From contig CAYOYV010000024.1 in assembly GCA_964408285.1 (NCBI GenBank), positions 1 to 10,771 of the forward strand: DNA of 10,771 nt, in the 5' to 3' direction. The position numbers and the translations under genes are program-made. Of the stretch, positions 8,714 to 10,771 are shown in pieces. How positions within the stretch are numbered: position 1 is the stretch's first letter; every line of letters begins with the position of its first letter. The notes beneath the pieces were generated by a model that worked only from the letters and a program-made list of their open reading frames with translations, made no database searches and had not been told where the DNA came from. Source of the DNA: an uncultured Nitrososphaerota archaeon. GTDB lineage: Archaea; Thermoproteota; EX4484-205; JAAOZO01.

Positions 8714-8770
8714 GCTCACATTGCGTGAGCCTGCCTTAAATATGGTTTTGAGAAGGCCCTCCCCAGGTGA
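8714..8770 (+). promoter_or_regulatory. Promoter of the small ORF: inverted repeat GCTCAC-N5-GTGAGC (8714..8730), TATA CCTTAAATAT (8734..8743), AGGTGA (8765..8770)
   Basis: TATA 10-mer identical to that of oppA; GGTG starts 30 nt after the first T of the TATA box in both promoters. Confidence 0.6.
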
Positions 8771-8775
8771 CGTGA

Positions 8776-8919
8776 ATGATGACAACGCGAGAAAAGAGGA
8801 AGGGCGCAATTAAAGCAACAGAAATGCTTGTGGCCGGCTCTGGCACTCAAGGTAATAGCCAATTACTGGCAACGCAATTCCAGGCATTCGTTTCTGCCGT
8901 GTCGTATCTCCGCAATTAG
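8776..8919 (+). CDS. Small hypothetical protein, 47 aa (46 aa from ATG 8779): MMTTREKRKGAIKATEMLVAGSGTQGNSQLLATQFQAFVSAVSYLRN
   Basis: Shorter than any ORF listed in the track. Open from tandem ATGATG to TAG 8917..8919, preceded by AGGTGA at 5/8 nt and by its own TATA box; fills an otherwise unexplained gap of about 365 nt. Confidence 0.55.
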   Translation: MMTTREKRKGAIKATEMLVAGSGTQGNSQLLATQFQAFVSAVSYLRN

Positions 8920-8964
8920 ACCTGGTGCAAGTCATTCACCTACTCTTAGGGCTTTCGGGGCCTC

Positions 8965-8981
8965 CGGAAAGGGTTTTATGA
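8965..8981 (+). promoter_or_regulatory. BRE plus TATA box for the nucleotidyltransferase gene
   Basis: CGGAAAggg-TTTTATGA: purine-rich BRE-like element followed by a TATA box ending 31 nt before ATG 9013. Confidence 0.6.
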
Positions 8982-9012
8982 TAACCACTGGGGTGTGTCT
9001 TGTCATTGGAGG

Positions 9013-10038
9013 ATGTCGGCGTCAAAAAGGCGCATATCTGCCATAATCGCAGACTTTGTTAAGAGAGAAAGTCAAGATCCGAGAGTAATCGGAATACTCC
9101 TTTTCGGGAGCCTCATCAAGAGGAAGACGAGAAGGACAAGCGACATCGACCTCCTTGTAGTCAGAACAGACATAGAAGAGTACTCCAGGACAAAACAGAT
9201 CGAGGAGGGAATTCCCCTTGAGGTGCACACGTGGCCGCTTGAGTTGTTCGAGAGACCGTTCAAGCACAGGACTGCTGACGCCCTATCATACGCCTTCGGG
9301 TTCGAGGTCATGCTGACCAGTGAGATTCTTCATGACCCCCGGGGAATTCTGGGGGAATTCAAAAGGCACGCTGAAACCGAGAAAATCCCATCCTCGATTT
9401 TGGACTCCCTGGTCGAGAAAGCACATGAGTATCTCCACTTGGCAAAGGATCTGATGGAGTCAGGAGAACTCGAAGGCGCTGAAATCGAAACCAGAAGGGC
9501 TGCCGAGGAATTGGCTAGGGCAATGCTGCTCAGGAGGCATGTTCTGGAGATAAATCCGCCAAAGAATTATCTCCCACATCTGCGAAGCGAGTTCCCAGAT
9601 TTCTATGAGATCTTTCGCGAAGTCCAGAACCTGCAGAACCTCAACACAACGGAGATCGAATTGGACATCTCGAACATCTCGAATTGGCGAAGCAGAACAG
9701 CGGAAGAAATCCGTCGCCTGGGAGAAGAGGAACAATACAAGGGCGCAATCAGCGGCTCCGAGACTGAACTATCAAACGCGAAGGACTGCCTTGAAGATGA
9801 CGACCTTGAGGGTGCCAGATTGCAGATGAGATACTCTGCGATCATATTGGCAACTCCGATATTGAGATTGAGTCAAGGGACTTCACCTAGCAGCCATAGC
9901 GCCAGATACGCGCAGCTGATCAAGAGCAACCACCCATATGGGGATGTTATGAGATCCGTGATGGACTTCTATGGTAGCGAAGAAAGATTGAGCGAGCAAA
10001 CCGAGATTCTGGAGGAGCTCTTGCGCCAATTCCGATGA
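9013..10038 (+). CDS. Pol-beta superfamily (MNT-like) nucleotidyltransferase fused to two tandem HEPN-like helical domains
   Basis: VIGILLFGS-LIKRKTRRTS-DIDLLVV is an exact GSX10DXD motif (9106..9150), followed by PLEVH (candidate third acidic residue) and ILHDPRG. The C-terminal ~210 aa are two related helical units (AKDLMESGELEGA / AKDCLEDDDLEGA). ATG 9013 is preferred over the track's GTG 8995 because of the TATA position. Confidence 0.8.
   Translation: MSASKRRISAIIADFVKRESQDPRVIGILLFGSLIKRKTRRTSDIDLLVVRTDIEEYSRTKQIEEGIPLEVHTWPLELFERPFKHRTADALSYAFGFEVMLTSEILHDPRGILGEFKRHAETEKIPSSILDSLVEKAHEYLHLAKDLMESGELEGAEIETRRAAEELARAMLLRRHVLEINPPKNYLPHLRSEFPDFYEIFREVQNLQNLNTTEIELDISNISNWRSRTAEEIRRLGEEEQYKGAISGSETELSNAKDCLEDDDLEGARLQMRYSAIILATPILRLSQGTSPSSHSARYAQLIKSNHPYGDVMRSVMDFYGSEERLSEQTEILEELLRQFR
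9409..9969 (+). repeat. Protein-level internal tandem duplication (period 112 codons) in the nucleotidyltransferase C-terminal region
   Basis: Units starting at 9409 and 9745 align without gaps for about 75 residues, with 14 identities in the best 32-residue block; synonymous sites are diverged. Confidence 0.75.
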
Positions 10039-10196
10039 AGGCGGATTGCTCCCGTTCAAGCAGATCAGGACGTACCGACACTCTACGGTCTGGAGGACGG
10101 CATGCAGGCCGACCTGACCGTTTAATACAGAGCTCTAGCCCTTCCCTAAATACTCGGGGCTTTATGAACGATGGAAGTTTGTAGTCCAAACATTCA

Positions 10197-10205
10197 TCTT
10201 AATTA
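10197..10205 (+). promoter_or_regulatory. TATA box for the GHL10-family gene
   Basis: TCTTAATTA ends 30 nt before TTG 10236; GGATGA lies at 10224..10229. Confidence 0.5.
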
Positions 10206-10235
10206 GGCCAATGCTAGATAATGGGATGAAGATGC

Positions 10236-10771
10236 TTGTACGGAATAGCTTCTGGTGATCCGGAGAAACTTATCCTAAGCGCTCCGTTGACGCACTCAGA
10301 TTGGATGCTGCGCGACGATGTAAAAGGAGTGGCCTGGGGTCCGGAGGGCGTGAAGCACATGCTTGACAACTGCAAGGCCTGCGGCTGGTCTCGCATCTAC
10401 TGGCGAACTCTCGACGGTGGAAGATCCCTTTACAGAAGCGAATTGGTTGGAGCAGCGGAGCACTGGAATAATGACAATTTCTATAATCCACTATCAGAGG
10501 AGGACGAGCAATACGTGAGAACCTATTTTCCGAGACTCACTCTAGAAGAACGCAGGCGAATAACGACGAAGATGAACTCACTTGATTACAGCGATTTTGA
10601 CTCCCTAGCGGCAGCTGTGGCATATGGCCATCGAATCGGGTTAGAGGTGCACGCTTGGGTTTCAATAAACGAAGACGATCATGCTTGGGGGATTCAGAGT
10701 GAGTTCAGTGAGACGCATCCTGAATACCGGTGGCGTAGAAGAAACGGGAAGTTCTACCGATCCCAGATAAG
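10236..10771 (+). CDS. Glycosyl hydrolase-like 10 (GHL10/DUF187) family protein, 3' end runs off the right edge
   Basis: Not in the ORF track; translated by hand from TTG 10236: MYGIASGDPEKLILSAPLTHSDWML...GVKHMLDNCKACGWSRIYWRTLDGGRSLYRS...DFDSLAAAVAYGHRIGLEVHAWVSINEDDH...SEFSETHPEYRW...; open to the window end. FD.L...V..(A/G)H..GLEVHAW and HPE(W/Y) are typical GHL10 motifs. No signal peptide. Confidence 0.8.
   Translation, partial: MYGIASGDPEKLILSAPLTHSDWMLRDDVKGVAWGPEGVKHMLDNCKACGWSRIYWRTLDGGRSLYRSELVGAAEHWNNDNFYNPLSEEDEQYVRTYFPRLTLEERRRITTKMNSLDYSDFDSLAAAVAYGHRIGLEVHAWVSINEDDHAWGIQSEFSETHPEYRWRRRNGKFYRSQI

Noticed and set aside
8776-8782. ATGATGA matches a C box (RUGAUGA) just downstream of a TATA box, suggesting a C/D box sRNA
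   Set aside because: No CTGA D or D' box in the following 60 nt; tandem start codons after an SD explain the motif more simply.
8776-8850. KRKG-AI in the small ORF resembles a class III (pilin-type) signal peptide cleavage site
   Set aside because: The following segment (AIKATEMLVAGSGTQGN) lacks the required long hydrophobic stretch.
8810-8935. 41-aa minus-strand ORF (MTCTRSNCGD...) preceded by AGGTGA
   Set aside because: The SD abuts the ATG with no spacer, there is no convincing minus-strand TATA box, and it overlaps the better-supported plus-strand small ORF.
8828-9046. 72-aa plus-strand ORF from the track, and the GTG 8995 start for the NTase
   Set aside because: The 72-aa ORF has a TTG start without SD or TATA and runs across the NTase promoter. 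GTG 8995 lies only 13 nt after the TATA box, upstream of the expected TSS.
10211-10258. 15-codon ATG-initiated frame overlapping the GHL10 start, suggesting a frameshift or uORF
   Set aside because: ATG 10211 is too close to the TATA box to be transcribed; TTG 10236 has suitable spacing and gives an uninterrupted frame.
6275-10491. Minus-strand and off-frame ORFs overlapping the DUF4838, Hyi, NTase and GHL10 genes (e.g. 6275..6868, 7759..8139, 9022..9267, 9460..9735, 9605..9829, 9947..10189, 10214..10396, 10270..10491)
   Set aside because: Antisense or alternative-frame shadows of better-supported genes with no family features.
1-10771. CRISPR arrays, tRNA/rRNA genes, transposases, integrases or terminal repeats
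   Set aside because: No regularly spaced direct repeats, cloverleaf or rRNA-like segments, or mobile-element proteins were seen by eye.

Overview
Probably an archaeal chromosomal window: each transcription unit has a TATA box 25-33 nt upstream of its start codon, ribosome-binding motifs are GGTG/AGGTGA-type, and the solute-binding protein is C-terminally anchored and rich in N-glycosylation sequons. It looks like a carbohydrate-utilisation locus. A five-gene Opp/Dpp-family ABC importer (A-B-C-D-F, minus strand, last gene cut by the left edge) is transcribed divergently from a DUF4838-type putative glycoside hydrolase, a Hyi-family TIM-barrel isomerase and a GHL10 (DUF187)-type putative glycoside hydrolase cut by the right edge. 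The OppF and GHL10 genes are missing from the ORF track. Between the sugar genes lies an unexplained two-gene module. The first part is an unlisted 46-47 aa ORF (8776..8919) whose promoter matches the oppA promoter in TATA 10-mer and TATA-to-GGTG spacing. The second is a GSX10DXD nucleotidyltransferase fused to two tandemly duplicated HEPN-like helical domains. No rRNA, tRNA, CRISPR array or mobile element was recognised. All family calls come from motif recognition by eye, not database searches.
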